Below are positions 1 to 10,284 of a DNA stretch of 64,000 nucleotides, in pieces (the first letter of the stretch is position 1; the number at the start of each line of letters is the position of its first letter). This DNA comes from an uncultured Chitinophagaceae bacterium (GTDB lineage: Bacteria > Bacteroidota > Bacteroidia > Chitinophagales > Chitinophagaceae), in NCBI GenBank assembly GCA_963835995.1, contig CAWIHW010000001.1, positions 1,687,700 through 1,751,699 of the forward strand. The letters run 5' to 3'. Under the pieces are notes generated by a model, which worked only from the letters and a program-made list of their open reading frames with translations, searched no databases and was not told where the DNA came from. The translations under genes were made by a program, and so were the position numbers.

Positions 1-247
1 CAAGGCTGTGCAGGATAGGTAGTGTTTTTCCTGTCGCCTTCTTTACATCATTTTGCAGCCATTCTGCGGACTTTTGAACGAGAATGTAATCGTTTACATC
101 TGTATAGATGGAAGCCGTTTCATTATCGCTGACGACCGGAAAATAATTGCTTTTTTTTTGATCGGAAACGAACGACTGGGCACATGTGGTTTCAAATACA
201 ACTATCGTAACCAGGAAAGTAAATGAGAAACAAATTTTTTTTATCAT
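1..247 (-). CDS. N-terminal part of a secreted glycoside hydrolase, GH115-like (runs off the window start)
   Basis: Not in the ORF track. Manual translation from ATG at 247 gives MIKKICFSFTFLVTIVVFETTCAQSFVSDQKKSNYFPVVSDNETASIYTDVNDYILVQKSAEWLQNDVKKATGKTLP, open to the window edge. It has a signal peptide and an FP..IYxDxND..LQxDVxKxTG pattern typical of GH115/GH67-type N-domains. Confidence 0.6.
   Translation of the reverse strand, partial: MIKKICFSFTFLVTIVVFETTCAQSFVSDQKKSNYFPVVSDNETASIYTDVNDYILVQKSAEWLQNDVKKATGKTLPILHSL
85..98. promoter_or_regulatory. Putative LacI-family operator TGTAATCGTTTACA inside the GH115-like CDS
   Basis: Exact 14-bp match to the near-palindrome at 3372-3385. Confidence 0.45.
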
Positions 248-331
248 ATCAATACGATCATTGCAGGAAAGGTCTGTTTTTCCTTTGCCGCGTGTAATTA
301 TTTTTATTGCCAGAGGTAGTTCCGGTTATAT

Positions 332-1084
332 TTAAAATCCGATAGAATTGCCGCCATCCACAGCGAGCACAACTCCGGTTATATATTTTGCTTCGTCGGA
401 GGCAAGAAATAATGCCGCGTCCGCTACATCCGACGGGTTGCCGAGTGCACCCATTGGCGTGCGGGATAACACTTTCTGTTTTCGTTCCTGGTCATTATCC
501 AGTGCTTTGGCCGACATATCGGTTGCAATAAATCCCGGTGCAATGCAATTCACCCGGATGCCTTTGGGTGAAAGCTCCACCGCCATTGCTCTTGTCATTC
601 CTTCAATCGCGGATTTTGATGCGGTATACGCGATCACCTTGGGCAAACCGTACTGCGATGCCATTGAACTGATATTAACAATGGAGCCATTGCCTTTTTG
701 CAACATGTCTTTCACCACTTCTCTCGAAAGTGCAAAGACGGCATTCACGTTAGTGGTGATAATTCTCTGAAATTCCTCATCACTCACTTCTGTAAATTCT
801 TTCTTCAGGTTAATGCCCGCATTGTTTACCAATATATCTATGTGTCCGTATTTATCTTGTAATTCTTTCACCATCGCCGGGATTTCGTGTATGCGTGCGA
901 GATCAAATGTGACCGGCACACAATGCGGTCCGAGTTCTTGTTGAGTCGCATCTAATTTGCTCTGATCGCGTCCAATAATTATGGTCGTGATATTATTCGC
1001 AACAAATTTGCGCGTTATCGCCAGCCCTATACCAGATCCACCTCCCGTAATGATTGCTATTTTTTTGTTGTCAGATTTTTTCAT
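332..1084 (-). CDS. SDR family NAD(P)-dependent oxidoreductase (KduD/gluconate 5-dehydrogenase-like)
   Basis: TGGGSGIG, NNAG and YTASK motifs. Confidence 0.9.
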   Translation of the reverse strand: MKKSDNKKIAIITGGGSGIGLAITRKFVANNITTIIIGRDQSKLDATQQELGPHCVPVTFDLARIHEIPAMVKELQDKYGHIDILVNNAGINLKKEFTEVSDEEFQRIITTNVNAVFALSREVVKDMLQKGNGSIVNISSMASQYGLPKVIAYTASKSAIEGMTRAMAVELSPKGIRVNCIAPGFIATDMSAKALDNDQERKQKVLSRTPMGALGNPSDVADAALFLASDEAKYITGVVLAVDGGNSIGF

Positions 1085-1168
1085 TTTTTTTCGATAGCCC
1101 CAGGTTTTTTAAAGTTTTTTTGTATCGTGAAATAAGATAAATATGCATTACATAAAATATTAAAGGTG

Positions 1169-2206
1169 TCAGGTCGTAACAGTTTTCTTTTTTTCAGAAG
1201 AAGCACGCACTACTAATTCAGAGCGTAATAAAATGGTATTTGTCGTATGTATGGGCGACGTACCATTCAGGTGATTGATCAAATGACGTGCTGCTACTTC
1301 ACCCATTTCATATCCCGGATAATTGATCGTGGTAAGATTTGGCTCGACAACTGTTGAAACGGGGTCATTATTAAATCCCGCAAAGGCAATCTGCTCCGGA
1401 ATTTTAATACCTGCTTTTTTGAGAGCGAGCATACAACACACAGCGCAGTTGTCGTTGGCCACAAACACAGCATCAGGCAACGGTTTCATTTGCATAATTT
1501 GTTTTGCCGCTTCTCCGCCTGCCTTTTGGCTCAAATCAGTAACGAGTACATAATCATTTTTGAAAGCAATTCTTTTATCCTGCAGCGCCTGTTTGTACCC
1601 AGCCAGCCTGTCGGCATATACCGTGTTCCGGGATTGCGCTGTAATGTGTGCAATTCTTCTGCATCCCTGTCCTATCAGGTGACTCGTGATCTCATAAGCT
1701 GCTTTCCGGTTGTCGATTAGCACGTTGGTGCAATGTTCGTTTTCTGAAACACGATCAAAAAATATCAGGGGGATAGCCCTGTTAAAAAAAAGGTCGAAAT
1801 GAGAAATGTCGTCCGTGTCATAGGATAGGGAAACGAGCAATCCATCCACACGATTGTTGAACATTGTGCGGGCACAGGCTTGCTCTTTTTTTGTGGATTC
1901 TGATGACTGGCTGATGATAAGATTATAGCCGGCCTGGTTAGCTACACTTTCTATACCGGCAATTACAGTTGACATGAAATAGCTATTTAGCTTCGGCACG
2001 ATTACACCAATGGTATAGGTTCGCGGCTTTCGCAGGTAACTGGCAAAATGATTGGAGCGGTAGCCTAACTGTTCCGCAAGATCTTCGATTTTTTTTCGGG
2101 TTTTTTTACTTACTACCGGATCATTTTTTAACGCACGACTAACCGTTGCGATAGAGATATTCAGTTTCTCCGCGAGATCGTAAATGGTGACTTCTTTTTC
2201 TTTCAT
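1169..2206 (-). CDS. LacI family transcriptional regulator (paralog 1)
   Basis: HTH TIYDLAEKLNISIATVSRAL plus sugar-binding domain; start refined to ATG 2206 (MKEKEVTIYD). Confidence 0.93.
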   Translation of the reverse strand: MKEKEVTIYDLAEKLNISIATVSRALKNDPVVSKKTRKKIEDLAEQLGYRSNHFASYLRKPRTYTIGVIVPKLNSYFMSTVIAGIESVANQAGYNLIISQSSESTKKEQACARTMFNNRVDGLLVSLSYDTDDISHFDLFFNRAIPLIFFDRVSENEHCTNVLIDNRKAAYEITSHLIGQGCRRIAHITAQSRNTVYADRLAGYKQALQDKRIAFKNDYVLVTDLSQKAGGEAAKQIMQMKPLPDAVFVANDNCAVCCMLALKKAGIKIPEQIAFAGFNNDPVSTVVEPNLTTINYPGYEMGEVAARHLINHLNGTSPIHTTNTILLRSELVVRASSEKKKTVTT

Positions 2207-2271
2207 AATACGCCTTACTTTATAAATTCGCTTAAAGTTAGGTCGTTCATTTTGTATAATCACCTTTGCCA

Positions 2272-3303
2272 TTACGATCCTTTTTTTAGAGATGATTTTC
2301 GTATAATCAATTCGGTTCGTACGATGATTGTATTGGTGTGATGCATGTTACTTATTCCCTTTAAATGGTTGATAAGGTTTCTCGCTGCGATTTCTCCCAT
2401 CTCGAGCCCGGGATAGTTAATAGTAGTCAGCGACGGCTCAATGAGTTTGCAGATCGCATCGTTATTAAATCCCACTATCGCGATATCTTCCGGTATATTC
2501 AGGCCGTTTTCCCTGAGCGTACGCATACAAACAGCAGCCACAAAATCATTTGTTATGAATGCACCATCCGGCAGCGGTTTCATTTTCATGATCTGCATAG
2601 CGGCATCAATCCCGGCTCTTTCACTCAGGTCATTTATGATCAATAACTTTTCATCGTATGTAATGCCATGATCGAATAATGCATCCTGGTAACCTTTGTG
2701 TCGTTGCGAATAGACATTTCTTTTCAGGTTAGACGTCACATGCACAATTCTTTTGCATCCTTGCTCTATCAGGTGGTTAGTGGCCTGGTAACCGCACTTG
2801 GCGTTATCAATAATTACCACTGTATTGTTATTGGCTTGCTCTACGCGGTCAAAAAACATCACGGGAACCCCTTTATCTATATACGGCTTGTAATGATCAA
2901 GGTTGGGTGTATCGAATGCGAGTGAAGCGATTAACCCGTCTACTCTTTTATGGAAGAGGTTTTTTGCATTGGCTTTTTCTTTTGTATAGCTCTCTGAGGA
3001 GTGAGCGATAATCAGGTCATAACCAGCGTCAGCAGTTACCTTTTCTACGCCCGCCAGCACAGAGGTTATAAAGTTACTGTCGAGCTCATGAACGATAATT
3101 CCGATTGTATTTGTCTGTTTTTGACGGAGATTACGGGCGAAATGATTGGTACGATAACCCATTTCTTCGGCCAGTTCAAATATTTTTTTCTTCGTCTTCT
3201 TATTTACAACCGGGTCATCTTTTAAGGCCCTGCTTACTGTGGCGATAGATATGTTGAGCGCAGTCGCAATGTCGTAAATGGTAACTTCTTTCTGCTTTAT
3301 CAT
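2272..3303 (-). CDS. LacI family transcriptional regulator (paralog 2)
   Basis: HTH TIYDIATALNISIATVSRAL plus periplasmic-binding-like domain. Confidence 0.95.
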   Translation of the reverse strand: MIKQKEVTIYDIATALNISIATVSRALKDDPVVNKKTKKKIFELAEEMGYRTNHFARNLRQKQTNTIGIIVHELDSNFITSVLAGVEKVTADAGYDLIIAHSSESYTKEKANAKNLFHKRVDGLIASLAFDTPNLDHYKPYIDKGVPVMFFDRVEQANNNTVVIIDNAKCGYQATNHLIEQGCKRIVHVTSNLKRNVYSQRHKGYQDALFDHGITYDEKLLIINDLSERAGIDAAMQIMKMKPLPDGAFITNDFVAAVCMRTLRENGLNIPEDIAIVGFNNDAICKLIEPSLTTINYPGLEMGEIAARNLINHLKGISNMHHTNTIIVRTELIIRKSSLKKGS

Positions 3304-3317
3304 TACAATCGTTTACA
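3304..3317. promoter_or_regulatory. Putative LacI operator adjacent to the lacI-2 start codon (TACAATCGTTTACA)
   Basis: 12/14 match to TGTAATCGTTTACA; directly abuts the ATG. Confidence 0.55.
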
Positions 3318-3371
3318 TGGGCTTTAACGCATGTAAAGCTATATAAAAAAAATTTTTTTATGTAAAAAAAA

Positions 3372-3385
3372 TGTAATCGTTTACA
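3372..3385. promoter_or_regulatory. Putative LacI operator TGTAATCGTTTACA in the divergent lacI/susC promoter region
   Basis: Near-palindrome with central CG, the typical LacI/CcpA operator shape. Confidence 0.7.
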
Positions 3386-3527
3386 ATTTTTAAAAAAAAA
3401 TCCTACTTTAGCATAACGAATGTTAACGATTGGATTGTTTCACTAATCAATATTGACTTGATATGTTCCCTGCTAAAAGCGATTTTTTCTTCAATACTTC
3501 ATGATAATGTCGTGATAGCACTTGCTA

Positions 3528-3541
3528 TGCAAACGATAGCA
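3528..3541. promoter_or_regulatory. Putative secondary LacI operator TGCAAACGATAGCA upstream of susC
   Basis: Same TG..A.CG.T..CA symmetry. Confidence 0.45.
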
Positions 3542-3611
3542 GTGATGCCTTTAAAAACATCCCTTAACACAGGTTTTTAAATACACTCTATAATTTTTTA
3601 AATGATTGCTT

Positions 3612-6600
3612 ATGATAGTTACTTATCCGCCGCGTACATCTTCAGCTACCCGGCTTCTTTTTAAACAACTGATAAAAAATACCATTTTATGTGCAATCGC
3701 GCTATCGGCCGGTATGTCATTACTTGCACAACAGAACAAATCTAATATTACGATAAAAGGTATTATTCGAAATGACAATTCCGTCGCGATCGGCCATGCA
3801 TCGGTCATTGTGAAGGGCACAAATACAGGAACCTCCAGCAACGATGAAGGTGAGTTTGAGATCACTGCGCCGTCAGATGCAACACTGGTCGTTTCTTATG
3901 TAGGTTATGAATCGAAGGAAATTAAGGTAAATGGAAGGAAATCGATTTCGGTAGTATTGAACCAATCTGACAAATCACTCGAACAGGTAGTAGTTATTGG
4001 GTATGGTACGCAGCGCAAGGAAGCTATAACGGGTTCCGTTTCCTCTATTAGTGGAGAGAAGCTTAATCAGAATCCTTCGTCTAATATTTCGAACGCGTTG
4101 CAAGGACGTTTGCCAGGGGTGCAGATATCGCAAACATCAACTCAACCGGGATCTACTATGCAAATTCTCATACGCGGCCAGCGTTCGTTATCCGCCAGTA
4201 ATGCCCCTCTGATTGTGCTGGACGGTATTCCTTTTTCAGGTTCTTTCAGCGATATTAATCCACAGGAAGTTAAGAGTATCAGTGTTTTGAAAGATGCATC
4301 AGCAACCGCTATTTACGGTTCACGCGGTGCCAATGGTGTAATATTGATAACCACTAATAGTGGAAGAGTAGGACAAAAACCACAAATCAGCTACAATAGT
4401 TATGTAGGTGTACACAAACTCTGGGCGCCTTTTCCAATGATGAACGGGCCCGAATTTGATACACTTCGTAAGGCAGCCGGCATATACACAAACGGTCCTT
4501 CAGAATCCGACGATGTAAATACCAATTGGCAAAAACTTTTTTACAGGCCTTCTGCTCCTGTTACTAATCAAACTGTATCGGTTTCCGGCGGCACTGAAAA
4601 GGGTAGCTATCACTTCGGGATAGCTTATTACGATGATCAATCCCTGATCCCTACACAGGATTTCAAGCGCTTTTCACTTAACAGCGGTATCGACCAGGGT
4701 GTAGGTAAGTATGTGCGTATTGGTTTTACTACCAATACAGACTATAATGTTTCACAAGGCTCTCAGGTGGGGTTGTACAATATTTTGAGCATGTCGCCTC
4801 TCGCCAGCCCATATAATGCTGATGGGTCATTGAGACAAAGCATACAAATGCCTCTAGACAATGATTGGAATGAGACAAGATATATTGTTGATAGCTTGAA
4901 AAACCAATGGCTAAACCCGATCAAAACACTTGGAACATACAATAACCTGTTCGGAGAATTGAATATCCCGGGCGTTCCCGGACTAAAATACCGCGTCAAT
5001 GTTGGCTTAAACTACAGTACGACTGACAACGATAGTTATACCGGAACAGGTATAACCAGCACCAATGCAACGACTCCTTCTGTTGCCACTATCATTCATT
5101 CTGTGACGCTCAACAAGACAATTGAAAACCTGCTGACCTACGACCGCACATTTTCCGGAAAGCATCATGTGAATCTTACTGCATTGTATTCGGCTGAGCA
5201 GGATAATTACAACAGTTCGGATATTTCGGCCCAGGGCGTTCCAAACGATCAGTTTCAATTCTATAACCTGGGGCAGGCCCTTGGTCAAATTACAATCAAT
5301 CCCAACTACCAAAGCTACACGCAGAGCGGCCTCGAATCGTGGATGGGGCGTGCCATCTATGAATTTTCCGATCGCTATATGCTAACGGCTATCGTTCGGT
5401 CTGATGGATCTTCCATATTGGCGCCAGGTCATCAATGGCATACCTATCCTGCGGTGTCCGCCGGATGGAATATTGCCAATGAATCATTTATGAAGAACAT
5501 TACACTTATAAATGAATTGAAGCTTCGTGTGGGATATGGACAAACTTCCAACCAGGCAGTTGCACCTTATTCTACCCTCGGACAATTAAGTACCAGCCCT
5601 TATAACTTTGGCCCCAGTAATGATGTTGTGGGGTATTATGTATCACAACTCCCAAATCCCAATTTAGGATGGGAATATTCGAAAACGTGGAACTATGGAT
5701 TGGATTTTTCGCTCTTGAACCATCGGCTTTCAGGTACTATAGAATATTACATCACAAAAACAAATGATCTTCTGCTGGGCGTTTCTTTACCTGTGACTTC
5801 GGGAGTAAGCAGCTATACGGCTAACATTGGAAATACCCAAAACAAAGGTGTGGAACTTTCACTCAACGGTACAATCCTGGATAATAAAAACGGTTGGACG
5901 TGGACAGCCGGTGTCAATTTTTATGGCAACCGTAATAAGCTCGTGGCACTTGCTTCGGGTCAGACCCAGAATATTGGCAACAACTGGTTCGTTGGACACC
6001 CGCTCAATGTGATTTACGACTACAAGAAGATAGGACTTTGGCAAGCAAAAGATTCGTACCTGAGTACTTTGGAACCTGGAGGAAATGTTGGAATGATCAA
6101 GGTGGAATATACGGGAGCATATAACGCAGATGGTACGCCTGCAAGAGCAATAGGTCCTGCAGATGAGCAAATACAGAATTTAGATCCTAAATTCCAGGGT
6201 GGTTTCAATACTACGGTAACGTACAAAGATTTTGACTTTACTGCTGTTGGACTCTTCCAAAGCGGGGGTATGCTGGTGAGCACTTTGTATTCAGCATCAG
6301 GTTACCTTAATTTATTATCAGGACGCAGAAACAATGTAAAGGTAGATTACTGGACACCTTCGAACACAAATGCCAAATATCCGAAACCGGGAGGCATAAC
6401 GAGTGGCGACAATCCAAAGTACGGAAGCACCCTGGGTTACTTTGACGCATCGTATCTAAAGGTGCAAAGTATAGCTCTCGGATACAGCTTTACTCATATG
6501 AACTGGTTAAGAAATTCAGGCATCAGTAGGCTGCGGCTTTACTTCCTGGTGGAAAATCCATTTGTGATGTTCTCGCCTTATTACAGCCAGACAGGCATGG

Positions 6601-6734
6601 ATCCTCAGACCAATTCGTATGGAGATCAAAATGCCGCAGTACCACTGTCATCCAGTTTGCACCGTATTTTGACGATTGGTACAAACACGCCGGAAACACG
6701 AAACTACCTTCTTGGCCTCAACTTGACATTCTAA
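3612..6734 (+). CDS. susC: SusC/RagA family TonB-dependent outer-membrane transporter
   Basis: CarboxypepD-like N-domain, plug with VVVIGYGT, LKDASATAIYGSRGANGVILITT, C-terminal F. Confidence 0.97.
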   Translation: MIVTYPPRTSSATRLLFKQLIKNTILCAIALSAGMSLLAQQNKSNITIKGIIRNDNSVAIGHASVIVKGTNTGTSSNDEGEFEITAPSDATLVVSYVGYESKEIKVNGRKSISVVLNQSDKSLEQVVVIGYGTQRKEAITGSVSSISGEKLNQNPSSNISNALQGRLPGVQISQTSTQPGSTMQILIRGQRSLSASNAPLIVLDGIPFSGSFSDINPQEVKSISVLKDASATAIYGSRGANGVILITTNSGRVGQKPQISYNSYVGVHKLWAPFPMMNGPEFDTLRKAAGIYTNGPSESDDVNTNWQKLFYRPSAPVTNQTVSVSGGTEKGSYHFGIAYYDDQSLIPTQDFKRFSLNSGIDQGVGKYVRIGFTTNTDYNVSQGSQVGLYNILSMSPLASPYNADGSLRQSIQMPLDNDWNETRYIVDSLKNQWLNPIKTLGTYNNLFGELNIPGVPGLKYRVNVGLNYSTTDNDSYTGTGITSTNATTPSVATIIHSVTLNKTIENLLTYDRTFSGKHHVNLTALYSAEQDNYNSSDISAQGVPNDQFQFYNLGQALGQITINPNYQSYTQSGLESWMGRAIYEFSDRYMLTAIVRSDGSSILAPGHQWHTYPAVSAGWNIANESFMKNITLINELKLRVGYGQTSNQAVAPYSTLGQLSTSPYNFGPSNDVVGYYVSQLPNPNLGWEYSKTWNYGLDFSLLNHRLSGTIEYYITKTNDLLLGVSLPVTSGVSSYTANIGNTQNKGVELSLNGTILDNKNGWTWTAGVNFYGNRNKLVALASGQTQNIGNNWFVGHPLNVIYDYKKIGLWQAKDSYLSTLEPGGNVGMIKVEYTGAYNADGTPARAIGPADEQIQNLDPKFQGGFNTTVTYKDFDFTAVGLFQSGGMLVSTLYSASGYLNLLSGRRNNVKVDYWTPSNTNAKYPKPGGITSGDNPKYGSTLGYFDASYLKVQSIALGYSFTHMNWLRNSGISRLRLYFLVENPFVMFSPYYSQTGMDPQTNSYGDQNAAVPLSSSLHRILTIGTNTPETRNYLLGLNLTF

Positions 6735-6747
6735 AAATCATATAATC

Positions 6748-8709
6748 ATGAGAACTATAAATAAAAAGAACAATGTGACAGCAGTAGTAACGGTGATGGT
6801 TATGCTGCTATTTACGTCGTGTTCCAAACTTCTGAAAGAAACACCGCGTAGTATCTTTACACCTGATTTTTTCAGTACTCCTGCAGGTGTAACAGGGGGA
6901 ATAACGTCCTTATACGCGAACCTGCGTTATATTTACGGAAACGCTTATTACTATAACACTGGTGAAACAGGTACCGATGAAGTAACGTACGCCCAAAGCG
7001 CGGATCAAAATTTTAAGGTCATGGACCTTTCAGGGCAGGGAGACATTAGTTCTCAGACCAGCCGTTCTGATGTGTTGTGGAATAATTCCTTTGGCGCTAT
7101 TAATACCGCAAGCGGCGTGATTCAAAATGGTTCCGCAGCGGGGGTTTCGCCTTCACTGGTTGCTGAGGCCAGGTTTTTTCGGGCATTTTATTACTTTCAA
7201 CTGGTTCAGACATTCGGAGGTGTTCCGCTGGATTTGGGTGCGGGGGTACTAAAGTTTAATACGAATCCGGTAGCCATATCTACACGAAACACGGTACCGG
7301 ATGTTTATACTAAATGTATATTCCCTGATCTTGACACTGCATTAAATGAACTGCCGGTAAATCCACGAGTAACCGGTGGTGTAACGCAGAACGTTGCACG
7401 CCTTTATTTGGCCCAGGCTTACCTGACATATGCATGGTGGTTACTAAATCCAAATAATATTCCTACTTATCCGGCAGCCGATCGAACTGATCCGGATGGT
7501 CAGACTTCTCAATATTATTTTCAACAGGCTTATAACCTTGCGATTACCGCTATTGACGATCCGGGCCCCTATGGACTGATGCCAACATTCTACGACTTAC
7601 ATAATGGGGCCAATGATTATAATAAAGAAGAAATGCTTTACGCTGATCACACACAGTTGAATGAACTTTCTAATGGGGCCAGTCTCACTTATGGCGGCGG
7701 CGGCGGCGAAGATAACTTTGCCGGGTGGATGATGACGTGGAATTATACTGTCCTTAGAAGCAGTACTTCCAGCTCTACCTGGACTCCGGTAAGTTCTGTT
7801 CAGCGTGCGGCAACCCAACCTCTTGGACGCCCATGGACACGTATGTGCCCTACGATCGGCGCAATCGAAAACACATTTGCCGACAAAACCAATGATTCCC
7901 GCTATGATGGTACTTTTGTTACTACCTACCATGGTAACTGGAATTTAAACGGAACTGGTATCAGTCAGACTACATTATATAATGCAAATAACCTTCCGGT
8001 TCAACCAGGTGATGCTATATTGACATTCCTCGACCAGCCAGATCCTTCAATTAGCTATCCTTCTGGTGCGGGTAACAGTAATATAGGAGCAGGTACTTTG
8101 CCAGGAAGATCTGATTTCGTAGTGGACCCTGATGGTATCAGCCGTGTAGTATATCCAGGGCTTTGGAAACTTGGTGAATATCGCACCGATAATAATGGCA
8201 CTTTGGGTCAACCGAATGCAGCGAGTACCCGTCCTTTTGTTATTGCTTATTTCTCTGAGTTTTATTTTATCGGAGCGGAAGCGGCGGTCATGGGTGCTAC
8301 CACCCAAGCCGGCCAAAGTGCGAGAGATCTTATCAATGTTATTCGTGCACGAGCGGGCATGTGGGACTATGACAACAATGGAGATTCGACCTTAATACAA
8401 GATAATAGCGCAGCGATGATCGCCGCAACGCCTGCAACGATAACTATTGACTACATTTTGGCAGAACGTTCCCGAGAATATTACGGAGATGGCAGACGCT
8501 GGCTCGATTTAGTACGTACGCAGCAATGGGCAAATCTTGCTTCGTCTTACGAAATTGCGGGACCTAATTACGGGGATCATACGGCACAAACTGTAACGCG
8601 CGATATTCAGCCCTATCTTTATCTACGCCCCATTCCGATAGGCCAGCTAAATAATATGCAGGCGGATTCAACAACCTTGTCGGGATATCAAAACCCCTCA
8701 TATCAGTAG
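6748..8709 (+). CDS. susD: SusD/RagB family glycan-binding lipoprotein
   Basis: Lipobox FTSC, EARFFRAFYYFQLVQTFGGVP, ERSREYYGDGRRWLDLVR; directly downstream of susC. Confidence 0.96.
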   Translation: MRTINKKNNVTAVVTVMVMLLFTSCSKLLKETPRSIFTPDFFSTPAGVTGGITSLYANLRYIYGNAYYYNTGETGTDEVTYAQSADQNFKVMDLSGQGDISSQTSRSDVLWNNSFGAINTASGVIQNGSAAGVSPSLVAEARFFRAFYYFQLVQTFGGVPLDLGAGVLKFNTNPVAISTRNTVPDVYTKCIFPDLDTALNELPVNPRVTGGVTQNVARLYLAQAYLTYAWWLLNPNNIPTYPAADRTDPDGQTSQYYFQQAYNLAITAIDDPGPYGLMPTFYDLHNGANDYNKEEMLYADHTQLNELSNGASLTYGGGGGEDNFAGWMMTWNYTVLRSSTSSSTWTPVSSVQRAATQPLGRPWTRMCPTIGAIENTFADKTNDSRYDGTFVTTYHGNWNLNGTGISQTTLYNANNLPVQPGDAILTFLDQPDPSISYPSGAGNSNIGAGTLPGRSDFVVDPDGISRVVYPGLWKLGEYRTDNNGTLGQPNAASTRPFVIAYFSEFYFIGAEAAVMGATTQAGQSARDLINVIRARAGMWDYDNNGDSTLIQDNSAAMIAATPATITIDYILAERSREYYGDGRRWLDLVRTQQWANLASSYEIAGPNYGDHTAQTVTRDIQPYLYLRPIPIGQLNNMQADSTTLSGYQNPSYQ

Positions 8710-8753
8710 GTTGAAAAAACTTACGAAAAAATAGTTTTTCTTCTCACAGTCAT

Positions 8754-8784
8754 AAAACTGATTCTGTTTAGGGTCAGTTTTTTT
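8754..8784 (+). terminator. Intrinsic terminator after susD
   Basis: AAAACTGATTCT-GTTT-AGGGTCAGTTTT stem with T-run. Confidence 0.7.
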
Positions 8785-8981
8785 ATTTACATGAATTTTA
8801 AAAGATTAACTTATTGATTTCAATAAAACAATTTGTAGATATTCGTTTAACCGGTATGTATAAATGATAATTATAAGTGCCTGATTGAACAAGGCTGCTT
8901 AATGTAATTTTTTTTGGTAAATAATTATTTGTTTCGTTCATATATTGCGATCTCTTCTTTACATTTTCACATAAAAATTTT

Positions 8982-10232
8982 ATGAAAGAAATCGTTGTAA
9001 TTGGCGGTGGAATTATGGGACTCAGCAGTGCACTTTATTTGCGACGTTCAGGCCATCGTGTAACTGTTTTGGATAAAGACGGATTTACTGATAATTGTTC
9101 TTACGGCAATATGGGCTATGTATGTCCGAGTCATTTTATTCCTCTTGCTTCGCCGGGAATCGTATGGCAGGGCATTAAATGGATGTTCAACAGCCGCAGT
9201 CCGTTTTATGTGCAACCGGCACTCGATTCCGCATTGATCAATTGGGGATTGAATTTTATGCGTAGTGCTAACAAAGAAAATATGGCAAATGTTGCTATTC
9301 CCTTAAAAGATATTGCGCTGTTCAGTCAGCACGAATATTTTGAATGGGCAAAAATTCCGGGTTTCGATTTTACATTGGAACGAAAAGGAGTATTGGAAAT
9401 TTTTAAGACAAACAAAGTAGCGGAACATGCGGCGCACACCGTTGAGACCGGAAAGAAATTGGGGTTGGACGTAGAACTGCTCGATCAGCAACGATTGCAG
9501 GCGCTGGAACCGCAAACGAGGGTTGATGCAAAAGGTGCGATCAATTTTAAATGTGATGCACATTTATATCCGAATCAATTAATGGATAATGTAAAGAAAT
9601 ATTTGTTGGCAAATGATGTACAGCTAATAAAAGGGGAGGTGTCTGGTTTTGAAAATAGTGATGGTAAAATAATTGATGTATTGGCCAACGGCAATGCTTA
9701 CAAAGCAGATGAAGTGGTGATTGCTACAGGATCGTGGAGCAGGCAGATAGCTGCAAAGCTGCAAACGAAAATTCCTTTGATGCCCGGCAGAGGATATTCT
9801 TTTACACTGGAAAATTCCGCATATAGGCTTAATCATCCTGCCATACTCACAGAAGGACGCGTGGCTATAACGCCAATGGAGAATGGTAATAAAATGCGCT
9901 ACGGCGGTACAATGGAAATTGTCAATATTAAAACACCGCCGAGGTATAACAGGGTGGAGGGAATCGTTCAGGCAGTAAAAGAATTTTTTCCTGAGTTTAA
10001 AATTGAAATGCCTGCCAAGGAACAGATATGGTATGGCTTCCGGCCAACTTCGGCAGACGGACTTCCTTACATTGGCAGGATAAAAAAATTTAAGAATGTA
10101 ACGGTTGCAACAGGACATTCCATGTTGGGCCTCAGCCTTGGTGCGGGAACCGGGAAACTGGTAAGTGAAATCATTAATGAACAAAAGCCCGGTATTGATT
10201 TAAGACCTTTCGAAGTAGAAAGGTTTGGATAG
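8982..10232 (+). CDS. FAD-dependent D-amino acid dehydrogenase family oxidoreductase (DadA-like)
   Basis: GGGIMG FAD motif, GFRPTSADGLP, TGHSMLGLSLG. Confidence 0.9.
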   Translation: MKEIVVIGGGIMGLSSALYLRRSGHRVTVLDKDGFTDNCSYGNMGYVCPSHFIPLASPGIVWQGIKWMFNSRSPFYVQPALDSALINWGLNFMRSANKENMANVAIPLKDIALFSQHEYFEWAKIPGFDFTLERKGVLEIFKTNKVAEHAAHTVETGKKLGLDVELLDQQRLQALEPQTRVDAKGAINFKCDAHLYPNQLMDNVKKYLLANDVQLIKGEVSGFENSDGKIIDVLANGNAYKADEVVIATGSWSRQIAAKLQTKIPLMPGRGYSFTLENSAYRLNHPAILTEGRVAITPMENGNKMRYGGTMEIVNIKTPPRYNRVEGIVQAVKEFFPEFKIEMPAKEQIWYGFRPTSADGLPYIGRIKKFKNVTVATGHSMLGLSLGAGTGKLVSEIINEQKPGIDLRPFEVERFG

Positions 10233-10284
10233 CATTAGAAGTTTTTTACCTTCAACGAATAATTTTCTGATTAATAATTATAAC

